Assembly: GCA_965220965.1 (NCBI GenBank)
Contig: OZ244852.1
Span: 992,001 to 1,056,000 of the forward strand
Source: Candidatus Marinacidobacterium sp.
GTDB taxonomy: Bacteria; Acidobacteriota; Vicinamibacteria; Marinacidobacterales; Marinacidobacteraceae
Direction: 5' to 3'
DNA: 64,000 bases
Below, piece by piece: positions 41,949 through 49,801 of this stretch. Position 1 is the first letter of the stretch, and the number at the start of each line of letters is the position of its first letter. The notes beneath the pieces were generated by a model, which had not been told where the DNA came from, did not search any database, and was given only the letters and a program-made list of their open reading frames with translations. The translations under genes and the position numbers were made by a program.

Positions 41949-43433
41949 GTGGATCCGGTTCGACCGGGCGGTCGCGCCCGGCGGCTCGCCGCCCGGGTCC
42001 TCCTCGGCGGCGGCGTCCTCCTGCTGTCGGCGTCGACCATCCATCCCCCCGGCCATCCCCCGGAACAACCCCCGGAGCAACCTCCGGAACAGCCCCCGAC
42101 CGAGCCGCCCGGGGAGTCGGAGCTCCCACCACCCGAGGGCGAAGCGGGAGAGGTCGCTCCCCCGGAGACGCCGCCCGACGCCGGCGAGGAGGAGCCCGCG
42201 ACCGAAGGCGCGGTCGAGACCGGCGAGGAGGAAGAGCCGGAGACCGGACCGCCGGGCGCGGGCGCTCCCCCGGACACCGCGGTGGCGCCGCTCGGCGGGA
42301 TTCTCCCCGGAGACCTGATCGTCGCCTCCGGTCCGGGGGGACCGCTCGTCCAGATCCTCCCCCTCGAGCACGGCGTCGCGGCCCGCACGGCGACCGGCGC
42401 AGTCGCGGTCTATTCCGACCGGGCGACCTCGCCCCGCTGGCGAGCCTCGCTCGGCGCGACGTTCCTCGGGGAGGCGACCCAGGGGCTCCTGGTGCTGAAC
42501 CGGGAGGGGGAGGCCGCGATCCACCGGATCACCGATGGAGCGCGCCTCGGCGGCTTCTCCACCGGGCTGGCCCCCGGAGCCACGGCCCCCGGCGACGGTC
42601 CCTGGCCGGAGGATCGGCCTCCGGCGGCCGTCGCGGGCGGGGTGCTCTACGTTGTCGTCGCCGGGGCCCTCCATGGCTACGCCGTCCCGGACGGCGACCG
42701 GGTGCTTCTGGCCGAGCTCCCGGGGCCGGGCGCGACCGCGGTGGTCGCGACGACGCTCCGGGCGGCCTCCGGGGCGCGATCCGGCCGCGCCGCTCCGGCG
42801 ACGCCGGTCCTGCTCGTGTCGCTCGACGCCGACGGCGTCGCGGCGGTCGACGGCCCGACCGCTGGGTCCGGCGGCGTCCGGTGGACGGCGCCAACCGAAG
42901 GGGCGCTCGCAACGCCGGTCGTGGCGCTGCCGGAACGAAACCTGGCGATCGCCGCCGAGGCGAACGGCGGGCTGTCGGCGTTTCGTCTCGAAGACGGCCG
43001 GCGCCGCTGGCGGTGGTCGCTCGCCGAGGGATTCGATCACCCTCCCCTGGCGCAAGGGGATCGGCTCTACGCGGCGACCCGCGCGAACACGATCTACGCC
43101 TTTGACGCCGCCACCGGAGCCGAGCAGTGGAGAGCCGGGCTGCCGGGACGCGCCGCCGCGAGCCCGCTGCGCCTGGCTGGCGCGCTGATCGTGGCCACCC
43201 GCGACGGATGGGTGCTCGAGCTGAACCCGCAGAACGGCATGGCCATGGGCCGGCCCCGCGACCTCGGCGCCGAGGTCACCGGGGCGGTCGCGAGCCGCGG
43301 CGACGCGTCCCGCGAACAGGGCTGGCGCGCCCGTCGCCTGCTTCTGGGCCTTCGGGACGGAAGCCTGGCCACGCTGGGTCCGCGGCTGGGCGCCGCATCA
43401 CCGGCGCCTTCCGGTAATGTCCCGCCGCGCTGA
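41949..43433 (+). CDS. Secreted PQQ-like beta-propeller protein (BamB-like) with a Pro/Glu-rich N-terminal linker (start uncertain; alternative TTG 41850)
   Basis: Hydrophobic signal-like segment and tryptophan-docking repeats (GGVRW, AFRLEDGRRRW, YAFDAATGAEQW, LNPQNG). Confidence 0.75.
   Translation: MDPVRPGGRARRLAARVLLGGGVLLLSASTIHPPGHPPEQPPEQPPEQPPTEPPGESELPPPEGEAGEVAPPETPPDAGEEEPATEGAVETGEEEEPETGPPGAGAPPDTAVAPLGGILPGDLIVASGPGGPLVQILPLEHGVAARTATGAVAVYSDRATSPRWRASLGATFLGEATQGLLVLNREGEAAIHRITDGARLGGFSTGLAPGATAPGDGPWPEDRPPAAVAGGVLYVVVAGALHGYAVPDGDRVLLAELPGPGATAVVATTLRAASGARSGRAAPATPVLLVSLDADGVAAVDGPTAGSGGVRWTAPTEGALATPVVALPERNLAIAAEANGGLSAFRLEDGRRRWRWSLAEGFDHPPLAQGDRLYAATRANTIYAFDAATGAEQWRAGLPGRAAASPLRLAGALIVATRDGWVLELNPQNGMAMGRPRDLGAEVTGAVASRGDASREQGWRARRLLLGLRDGSLATLGPRLGAASPAPSGNVPPR
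42058..42093 (+). repeat. Imperfect 12-bp coding tandem repeat (PPEQ x3)
   Basis: CCCCCGGAACAA CCCCCGGAGCAA CCTCCGGAACAG. Confidence 0.8.
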
Positions 43434-43458
43434 TGCAGTCCGTGGCGATCCCCGCTCC

Positions 43459-45021
43459 ATGACCGCCGTCCCGGACACACCGGGTTGCCCCGAGTCCATC
43501 CTGATCGTGGACTTCGGCTCGCAGTACACCCAGCTCATCGCGCGCCGCCTGCGCGAACTCGGGGTCTTCAGCGAGATCCTGCCCTGCACCGCCGCCCCCG
43601 AGGACCTTCGACGCTCCCATCCCCGCGGCATCGTGCTCTCCGGCGGGCCGGAGAGCGTCTACGGAGACGGCGCTCCGGAGGCGCCGGAGGGACTCCTCGA
43701 CGCCGACGTCCCGGTCCTCGGCGTCTGCTACGGCATGCAGCTCCTCGCCCGCGACTGCGGCGGCGATGTCCGGCCGGCCGAACGACGGTCCTACGGGCCG
43801 GCCGTCTTTCGCCACGACGGTTCCGGGCGGCTGTTCCGCGGGGTCCCGCCGCAATTCCGGGCGTGGGCCAGCCACGGGGACCAGGTCCACGCCCTGCCCG
43901 AGGGCTTCCGCCACACCGGCGGGACGACGCAAAACGCCCTCGCGGCCTTCGAGCACCCGGACCGGGGGCTGTACGGCGTCCAGTTTCACCCGGAAGTGGT
44001 CCACACCGAGCACGGCGCGCGCATTCTGGAGAACTTCGCCTTCGGGGTCTGCGGAGCGCGCGGCGACTGGTCGCCGAGGTCCCACGCCGAGCACGCCATC
44101 GCCGCCATCCGGCACACCGTCGGTGACGGACAGGTCGTCTGCGGCGCCTCCGGCGGCGTGGATTCCACCGTGACGGCCATGCTGGTTCACCGGGCGATCG
44201 GCGACCGGCTCCACTGCATCTTCGTGGACAACGGGGTTCTCCGGAAGAACGAGGCGGCCCAGGTCCGGTCGGCGTTCGAAGAGGGACTCGGAATCCCGCT
44301 CCGCGCGGTGGACGCCTCGGAGCGGTTCCTGAAGCGCCTCGCCGGTGTCCGGAGCCCGGAGCGCAAGCGCCAGGTCATCGGACGCGAGTTCATCCGGGTG
44401 TTCGAGGAGGAGGCGCGGTCGCTCTCCGGAGTCCGCTTCCTCGCGCAGGGAACGCTCTACCCGGATGTCATCGAGAGCGTCTCGGTGAAGGGACCCTCCG
44501 CGGTCATCAAGAGCCACCACAATGTTGGCGGGCTCCCGAAGCGCATGCGGCTCGGTCTGATCGAGCCGCTCCGCGAGCTCTTCAAGGATGAGGTCCGCGC
44601 GCTCGGCAGGGAACTCGGCGCTCCCGAGGCCCTGATCGGACGCCATCCTTTTCCGGGTCCCGGCCTGGCGGTCCGGGTGCTGGGCCCGGTGGAGCCGGAG
44701 GGCCTGGCGCTGCTCCGCGAGGCGGACGCCATCTTCGAGGACGAGATCCGCGCCGCCGGGCTGTACGACCGGATCTGGCAGGCGTTCGCCGTGCTGCTGC
44801 CGCTGAGGACCGTCGGGGTCATGGGCGACGCCCGCACCTATGAGCGCGTCGTCGCGCTCCGCGCGGTGGAGAGCCGGGACGGGATGACGGCCGACTGGGC
44901 CCGGTTTCCGCATGACGTGCTGGTGCGGGTGTCGAACCGCATCACCGGAGAGGTCCGGGGCGTGAACCGGGTCGTCCTCGACATCACGTCGAAACCCCCG
45001 GGCACGATCGAATGGGAGTGA
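43459..45021 (+). CDS. guaA: GMP synthase (glutamine-hydrolysing)
   Basis: DFGSQYTQLIARR, GVCYGMQ, QFHPEV, SGGVDS, QGTLYPDVIES, IKSHHNVGGLP and KPPGTIEWE. Confidence 0.98.
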   Translation: MTAVPDTPGCPESILIVDFGSQYTQLIARRLRELGVFSEILPCTAAPEDLRRSHPRGIVLSGGPESVYGDGAPEAPEGLLDADVPVLGVCYGMQLLARDCGGDVRPAERRSYGPAVFRHDGSGRLFRGVPPQFRAWASHGDQVHALPEGFRHTGGTTQNALAAFEHPDRGLYGVQFHPEVVHTEHGARILENFAFGVCGARGDWSPRSHAEHAIAAIRHTVGDGQVVCGASGGVDSTVTAMLVHRAIGDRLHCIFVDNGVLRKNEAAQVRSAFEEGLGIPLRAVDASERFLKRLAGVRSPERKRQVIGREFIRVFEEEARSLSGVRFLAQGTLYPDVIESVSVKGPSAVIKSHHNVGGLPKRMRLGLIEPLRELFKDEVRALGRELGAPEALIGRHPFPGPGLAVRVLGPVEPEGLALLREADAIFEDEIRAAGLYDRIWQAFAVLLPLRTVGVMGDARTYERVVALRAVESRDGMTADWARFPHDVLVRVSNRITGEVRGVNRVVLDITSKPPGTIEWE

Positions 45022-48000
45022 CGCCAGCCGCCCCGGAACCGACGACTCCGAAGCCCGCTCCGGCCCCGACGAAGCCCGGCTTCGTCCACCTGCACACCCA
45101 CACCGAGTACTCCCTGCTCGACGGGATGACCCGGGTGTCGCAGGTGCTCGACAAGGCGCGGAGCGACGGCCAGCCGGCGGCCGCGATCACCGATCACGGC
45201 AACCTCTTCGGCGCGCTCAAGTTCCACCGCGCCGCCAGGGAGGCGGGCGTCCGGCCGATCCTCGGATGCGAGGCCTATGTCGCGCCGGGAAGCCGGCGGG
45301 ACCAGAACCCGGACCGCGACAACCAGCACCTGGTCCTGCTCGCCCGCAACGAGACCGGCTACCGGAACCTGATGCGCCTTTCCTCGATCGCGCACATCGA
45401 GGGCTTCTACTTCCGCCCGCGCGTCGACTTCGAGACGCTGGAGCGCCACCACGAGGGCCTCATCGCGCTCTCCGCCTGTCCCAAGGGGATCGTGCCGCGC
45501 GCCATCCTGGACGACGAGGCGGACCCGCTGGAGGTGGCCGGGCGCTACCAGGAGGTCTTCGGGAAGGAGAACTACTACCTCGAGGTCATGGACCACAGCC
45601 CGGCCGGGGCGCCAGCGGAGGCGGGGGCGCGGCTGACCGAGCTGGAGCGGCGCATCGGGGAGGGGCTGCTGGAGCTCTCGAAGCGCACCGGCATCCCGCT
45701 GGTGGCCACGAACGACTCGCACTACGCCGAGCCGGGGGACGCCGCCGCGCACGACCTCCGGCTCTGCATCAGCACGAACAGCCGCATTCACGACCCGAAG
45801 CGGCTCCGGTTCGACACCGAGGAGTTCCACTTCAAGAGTTCCGCCGAGATGGAGCTGCGGTTCCGGGAATTCCCGGACGCCTCCCGGAACACGCTGCGGA
45901 TCGCGGAGGGCGTCGAGGACTATGACCTCGTGGGAGGGCCGAGCCTCCTCCCCGACTTCCCGACGCCCGACGGCGAAACCATCGACGCCTACTTCGAGGC
46001 GACCGCGCGCGCCGGCCTCGAGGCCCGGCTCGAGTCTCCCGAGCTTCACGGGCTGCGTCCGGACCGCGGGGCCTACGAGGAGCGGCTGACGCACGAGCTC
46101 GGGGTGATCCACCGGACCGGATACGCCGCCTACTTCCTCATCGTCGAGGACTTCATCCGGTTCGCCCGCGAGCGGTCCATTCCGGTGGGACCGGGACGCG
46201 GTTCGGCCGCCGGCAGCCTGGTGGCGTACGCCCTCCACATCACCGACATCGATCCGCTGGCGCACGGGCTGCTGTTCGAGCGGTTCCTCAACGCGGAGCG
46301 GGTCAGCCCACCCGACATCGATGTCGATTTCTGCGAGATGCGGCGGGAGGAGGTGCTCTCCTACGTCACGGAGAAGTACGGCGCCGACCGGGTGGCGCAG
46401 ATCCTCACGCTCAACACGATGCAGGCGCGGCTGGTCGTCCGCGACGTGGGACGGATGCTGGACCTCCCGCTCCAGCAGGTGGATCGACTGGCCAAGCTCA
46501 TTCCGTTCGGCGCCAGGCTCGACGAAGCCGTGAAGCAGGTCCCGCGGCTGCGCGAGGCGCAGCGGGATCCGCAGATCGCCCGCCTCTTCGAGCTGGCGCG
46601 ACGCCTCGAGGGCCTCCCGCGTTCGGTCGGCACCCACGCCGCCGGCGTCGTCGTCGCTCCGAAGCCGCTCATGGACATCGCGCCGCTGTACCGCGAGACG
46701 GAGAGTCGGGGAGGCGCCCGCGCCAGAACCGACGACGCGGAGAGCGAAGCCGGCGCCGTCCGGTGGCGAACGCAGTACGACATGAAGGACTGCGAGGCGA
46801 TCGGGCTGTTCAAGATGGACTTCCTGGGCCTCCGGGCGCTGACCCAGATCGAGGACTGCGCCCGCCGGATCGAAGAGGACGCCTCGGCCGGAAGCAGCGA
46901 GGACGACGCCGGGATCCTGCGCCACATCCGCGCCGGACGCTTCGAGAAGGTCCCCCCCGATCCCTCGACCTTCGAGCTCTTCGCCCGCGCCGACACCGAC
47001 GGGATCTTCCAGTTCGAGAGCGGCGGGATGCGCGAACTCCTCGCGAGTTACGGGCCGGAGAACCTGGCCGACCTCGCGGCCATGAACGCGCTCTATCGCC
47101 CGGGCCCGCTGAACAGCGGCATGACGGCCGAGTTCGTCGCCGCCAAGCGGAAGCCGGACGGACTCTCGAAGAAGCTCGACCGACGGGTCCGGCGTCTGTT
47201 CCCGGATACGCGCGGGCTCATCGTCTATCAGGAGCAGGTGATGCTCGCGGCGCGCGAACTCGCCGGCTACACGCTGTCGCAGGCCGACATTCTGCGGAAG
47301 GCGATGGGCAAGAAGGACCCGGCGGTCATGGCGCGGGAGGAGAGCCGCTTCGTGGAGGGCGCCGCCGCCGGCGGTCTGGAGCGCGAGGTGGCCCAGGAGA
47401 CCTTCCAGCAGATCGCCGAGTTCGCCGGCTACGGATTCAACAAATCCCACGCCGTGGGCTACGCGCTGGTGGCCTATGTCGCCGGCTGGCTGAAGCGCCA
47501 CTTCCCGGTCCACTTCACCGCGTCGCTGCTCACCGCGCAGCAGCGGTCCGGCGACCGGGACGAACGGATCGCGCGAACGCGGGCGAAGGCGGAGGCGGCG
47601 GGGATCCCCATCCTCCCGCCCGACGCGCAGACCAGCGGCGCCGACGCCGAGGTCGAGGGCGGAGGGGTCCGTTACGGGCTGGCGGCGGTGAAGCAGATGG
47701 GGGAGCGCGCCGCCCGCGCCATCGAGACCGCCCGCCAGCGCTGCGGCCGGTTCGAGTCGCTGACGCACATGCTGGAAGAGGTCGAGCCGGGGACCCTGAA
47801 CCGGGGCTCGCTCGAAGCCCTCACCGGCGCCGGCGCCCTCGACTGTCTCGGCGTCGACCGCTCCCGGATCGTGGGCGGGATCCCCAGAGCGCTCCGGGCT
47901 GCGAGCCGCGCCCGCGCCCGCCGGGAGAGCGGCGCGCAGGCGCTCTTCGGCGGCGAGGACCCCACCCCCCGGGATCACTTTCCCGAGACCGCCCCCTGGA

Positions 48001-48701
48001 GCGACGCCGAGCGTCTGGAGCGGGAACGCGCCGCGCTCGGGTTCTACTGGTCCGGCCATCCGGGCCGCGACCTCCGCCGGGCGTTCCCCCGCGCCGCCAC
48101 CGAAGTGAGCGGGCTTCTCGAAGCCCGGAAGGATCGCGAGGTCTCGGTCGTCGGCCTGGTGCGCAGTCTCGAACGGCGACGCACCCGGGACGGCCGGCGC
48201 ATGGGCAAGTTCCAGTTGGAGGACGACACCGGGTCCATCGCGGTCGTGGTGTTTCCCGACAACTGGGCGGGCGCGCCCGAACTCGAGACCGAACCCGCCG
48301 TCCTCGTCCGCGGCGCCCTCAAGGGGCGGAACGCGGCGAGTGGGGCGGGGGCCGCTCGCGGCGACGGCCCGGAGATCATCGCCTCGGAGGTTCTCCTCGC
48401 CTCGGACGCCCTCTGGCGCGGAATCCGCTGCGTCGAGATCGAGGTCTCCGACCCGGACGCCGTTGCGGTGGCGCTGCGCGACCTCCTCCAGGAGCACCGG
48501 GGGAACGTTCGCCTGGATCTCCGCCTCCGCTCGGAGGGCGTCGAGTCGCTGCTCACGACGGCGATGCCGGTCGCTCCCAACCCCTCCTTCGGGAGCGCGG
48601 TCGTCTCGCTCCTCGGGCGCCCGTCGCTCCGGGTGGATGGTCGGCCGGTTCCCGCCTTCGCGCTCGCCGAGCCCGCGGCGACGCCGGACTCCGCGAGCTG
48701 A
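45018..48701 (+). CDS. dnaE: DNA polymerase III alpha subunit
   Basis: HLHTHTEYSLLDG, GPGRGSAAGS, FERFLN.ER..PDIDVDF, KMDFLGL, YQEQVM, YGFNKSHA and an OB fold. Confidence 0.97.
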   Translation: MTPAAPEPTTPKPAPAPTKPGFVHLHTHTEYSLLDGMTRVSQVLDKARSDGQPAAAITDHGNLFGALKFHRAAREAGVRPILGCEAYVAPGSRRDQNPDRDNQHLVLLARNETGYRNLMRLSSIAHIEGFYFRPRVDFETLERHHEGLIALSACPKGIVPRAILDDEADPLEVAGRYQEVFGKENYYLEVMDHSPAGAPAEAGARLTELERRIGEGLLELSKRTGIPLVATNDSHYAEPGDAAAHDLRLCISTNSRIHDPKRLRFDTEEFHFKSSAEMELRFREFPDASRNTLRIAEGVEDYDLVGGPSLLPDFPTPDGETIDAYFEATARAGLEARLESPELHGLRPDRGAYEERLTHELGVIHRTGYAAYFLIVEDFIRFARERSIPVGPGRGSAAGSLVAYALHITDIDPLAHGLLFERFLNAERVSPPDIDVDFCEMRREEVLSYVTEKYGADRVAQILTLNTMQARLVVRDVGRMLDLPLQQVDRLAKLIPFGARLDEAVKQVPRLREAQRDPQIARLFELARRLEGLPRSVGTHAAGVVVAPKPLMDIAPLYRETESRGGARARTDDAESEAGAVRWRTQYDMKDCEAIGLFKMDFLGLRALTQIEDCARRIEEDASAGSSEDDAGILRHIRAGRFEKVPPDPSTFELFARADTDGIFQFESGGMRELLASYGPENLADLAAMNALYRPGPLNSGMTAEFVAAKRKPDGLSKKLDRRVRRLFPDTRGLIVYQEQVMLAARELAGYTLSQADILRKAMGKKDPAVMAREESRFVEGAAAGGLEREVAQETFQQIAEFAGYGFNKSHAVGYALVAYVAGWLKRHFPVHFTASLLTAQQRSGDRDERIARTRAKAEAAGIPILPPDAQTSGADAEVEGGGVRYGLAAVKQMGERAARAIETARQRCGRFESLTHMLEEVEPGTLNRGSLEALTGAGALDCLGVDRSRIVGGIPRALRAASRARARRESGAQALFGGEDPTPRDHFPETAPWSDAERLERERAALGFYWSGHPGRDLRRAFPRAATEVSGLLEARKDREVSVVGLVRSLERRRTRDGRRMGKFQLEDDTGSIAVVVFPDNWAGAPELETEPAVLVRGALKGRNAASGAGAARGDGPEIIASEVLLASDALWRGIRCVEIEVSDPDAVAVALRDLLQEHRGNVRLDLRLRSEGVESLLTTAMPVAPNPSFGSAVVSLLGRPSLRVDGRPVPAFALAEPAATPDSAS

Positions 48702-48723
48702 ACGCCTGAGCGCCGCGATGTCC

Positions 48724-48739
48724 TGGTACAGGACTTGCG
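48724..48739 (+). promoter_or_regulatory. Putative sigma54 (-24/-12) promoter or binding site
   Basis: TGGTACA-GGAC-TTGCG has GG-N10-GC spacing, close to the consensus TGGCACG-N4-TTGCW. It lies in the dnaE-accA intergenic region. Confidence 0.6.
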
Positions 48740-48776
48740 TACGCCCCGCGACCGTCTGGTTACACTTCGCTTCGAG

Positions 48777-49796
48777 ATGCAGCGGGAATTCCTGGACTTC
48801 GAGGCGGAACTCCAGACGATCGTCGAGCGCATCGAGTCGCTGACCGGCTATCCGGACCGCCACGAGGCGGAGATCACCGGACTCGAGCGGGAGCTCCTTC
48901 GGCGCCGGCGCGAGATCTACGCCGGTCTCACTCCCTGGCAGCGGGTCCGGGTGGCGCGCCACCCGGAGCGGCCCTACACGCTGGACTACGTGCGGCGGAT
49001 CTTCACCGGGTTCACCGAAATCCATGGCGATCGGGGCTTCGGTGACGACCCGGCGGTGGTGGGCGGCCCGGCGTGGCTGGCCGGCCAGCCGGTCATGGTG
49101 ATCGGCCAGCAGAAGGGGCGGGACACCACGCAGCGGATCCACCGCAACTACGGGATGCCCCGTCCCGAGGGCTACCGGAAGGCGCTCCGGCTCATGCGGC
49201 TCGCCGAAAAGTTCGGCCGGCCGGTCATTTCGCTGGTGGACACCCCGGGCGCCTATCCGGGGATCGACGCCGAGGAACGGGGTCAGGCCGAAGCGATCGC
49301 CAGGAACCTCCGCGAGATGGCGCGCCTGGCGGTTCCGATCGTGGTGGCGGTCATCGGCGAGGGCGGCTCCGGCGGCGCGCTCGGGATCGCCGTCGGGGAC
49401 CGGATCCTCATGATGGAGAACGCCATCTACTCGGTGATCTCTCCCGAGGGCTGCGCCGCCATCCTCTGGAAGGACCCGGAGCGGGCCATGGAGGCGGCCG
49501 AGGAAGCGGCGACCCGGATGCGGATCACCGCCACCGAACACAAGGCCAACGGGCTCATCGACGAGATCGTCCCCGAACCGCCCGGCGGAGCGCACGCCGA
49601 TCCGGACGCGGCGGCGAAGATCCTGGGCGACCGCCTGCGCGCGGCGCTCAGGGACCTGGCTGGCGAAGAGCCCCGCGCGTTGCGTCGCGCCCGTTCCGCC
49701 AAGTTCCGCGCCATGGGATCCGTTGGCCTCGAGCCGAGCCACCGCAGCCCGGAGTCCCCACCGGGACCCGCGCCGCTCCCGGCGGCCGGGAGCTGA
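48777..49796 (+). CDS. accA: Acetyl-CoA carboxylase carboxyltransferase alpha subunit
   Basis: [49 protein letters not shown] and YSVISPEG. Confidence 0.97.
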   Translation: MQREFLDFEAELQTIVERIESLTGYPDRHEAEITGLERELLRRRREIYAGLTPWQRVRVARHPERPYTLDYVRRIFTGFTEIHGDRGFGDDPAVVGGPAWLAGQPVMVIGQQKGRDTTQRIHRNYGMPRPEGYRKALRLMRLAEKFGRPVISLVDTPGAYPGIDAEERGQAEAIARNLREMARLAVPIVVAVIGEGGSGGALGIAVGDRILMMENAIYSVISPEGCAAILWKDPERAMEAAEEAATRMRITATEHKANGLIDEIVPEPPGGAHADPDAAAKILGDRLRAALRDLAGEEPRALRRARSAKFRAMGSVGLEPSHRSPESPPGPAPLPAAGS

Positions 49797-49801
49797 CGCC
49801 C

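Noticed and set aside
42058-42093. Tandem repeat as CRISPR or a contingency locus
   Set aside because: It is an in-frame, degenerate 12-bp coding repeat with no spacers and no cas genes.
37673-42388. 1571-aa kinase as given in the ORF track
   Set aside because: The first ~209 residues are largely antisense to the propeller gene and the intergenic region; the SD-supported start is at 41761.
46690-46930. Possible intein in dnaE
   Set aside because: The inserts are short and low-complexity, with no C/S...HN splice motifs.
48735-48766. TTGCGT...TACACT as a canonical -35/-10 pair
   Set aside because: The spacer is 20 nt, which is too long; TTGC fits better as the sigma54 -12 element.
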